From the NCBI GenBank assembly GCA_002269645.1, contig NIVC01000413.1, positions 434,001-498,000 of the forward strand: 64,000 bases of DNA, read 5' to 3'. The number at the start of each line of letters is the position of its first letter. The stretch's first letter is position 1. The notes under the pieces were generated by a model. It worked only from the letters and a program-made list of their open reading frames with translations. It ran no database searches and was not told where the DNA came from. Below, piece after piece: positions 63,871-64,000 of this stretch. Origin of the DNA: Macrostomum lignano (Eukaryota). A program made the translations under genes and the position numbers.

Positions 63871-64000
63871 GTAGCCTAGTGGTCAGAGCGTCGGATCATG
63901 AATTAAAGGTCGGGGGTTCGAGTACCATCACACTCGGAACAATTTGTGCCCTTGAGCAAGACACTTTGCTCTGGATTGCTTCAGTTCACCCAGCTGTAGA
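63871..64000 (+). mobile_element. CORE-like SINE family A copy, truncated by the window end
   Basis: GTAGCCTAGTGG, GGTCGGGGGTTCGAG, TGCCCTTGAGCAAGACACTT...TTGCTTCAGTT; homologous to 20819-21037. Confidence 0.8.

Overview
Eukaryotic (invertebrate) genomic DNA with GT-AG introns and a very high minisatellite load. The style resembles a Macrostomum-type flatworm; this is inference and the species is not determined. Five conserved genes lie on the minus strand: a divergent pyruvate kinase (5' three exons, runs off the window start), an MRCK/CDC42BP kinase (3 exons, 1586 aa), an intronless MPV17L2-like gene with no in-frame start ATG, VPS8 (13 exons, ~1514 aa) and a neuronal calcium sensor (3 exons, 192 aa). 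Two small plus-strand genes are also present: an orphan 2-TM protein and a secreted single PAN/apple-domain protein. Most introns are filled by an intron-specific tandem array. Mobile DNA comprises three mariner remnants at different decay stages, a foldback element with an 8-bp TSD, a 156-bp hairpin element and two tRNA-derived SINE families. Top leads: (1) the MPV17L2-like ORF begins exactly at a splice acceptor, in frame for a spliced-leader-donated AUG; (2) minisatellite-driven intron expansion; (3) sharply bounded CpG-depleted domains; (4) the possibly laterally acquired PAN/apple gene. Most long ORFs in the supplied track are repeat artefacts. All exon boundaries were read by eye, and repeat boundaries are approximate.
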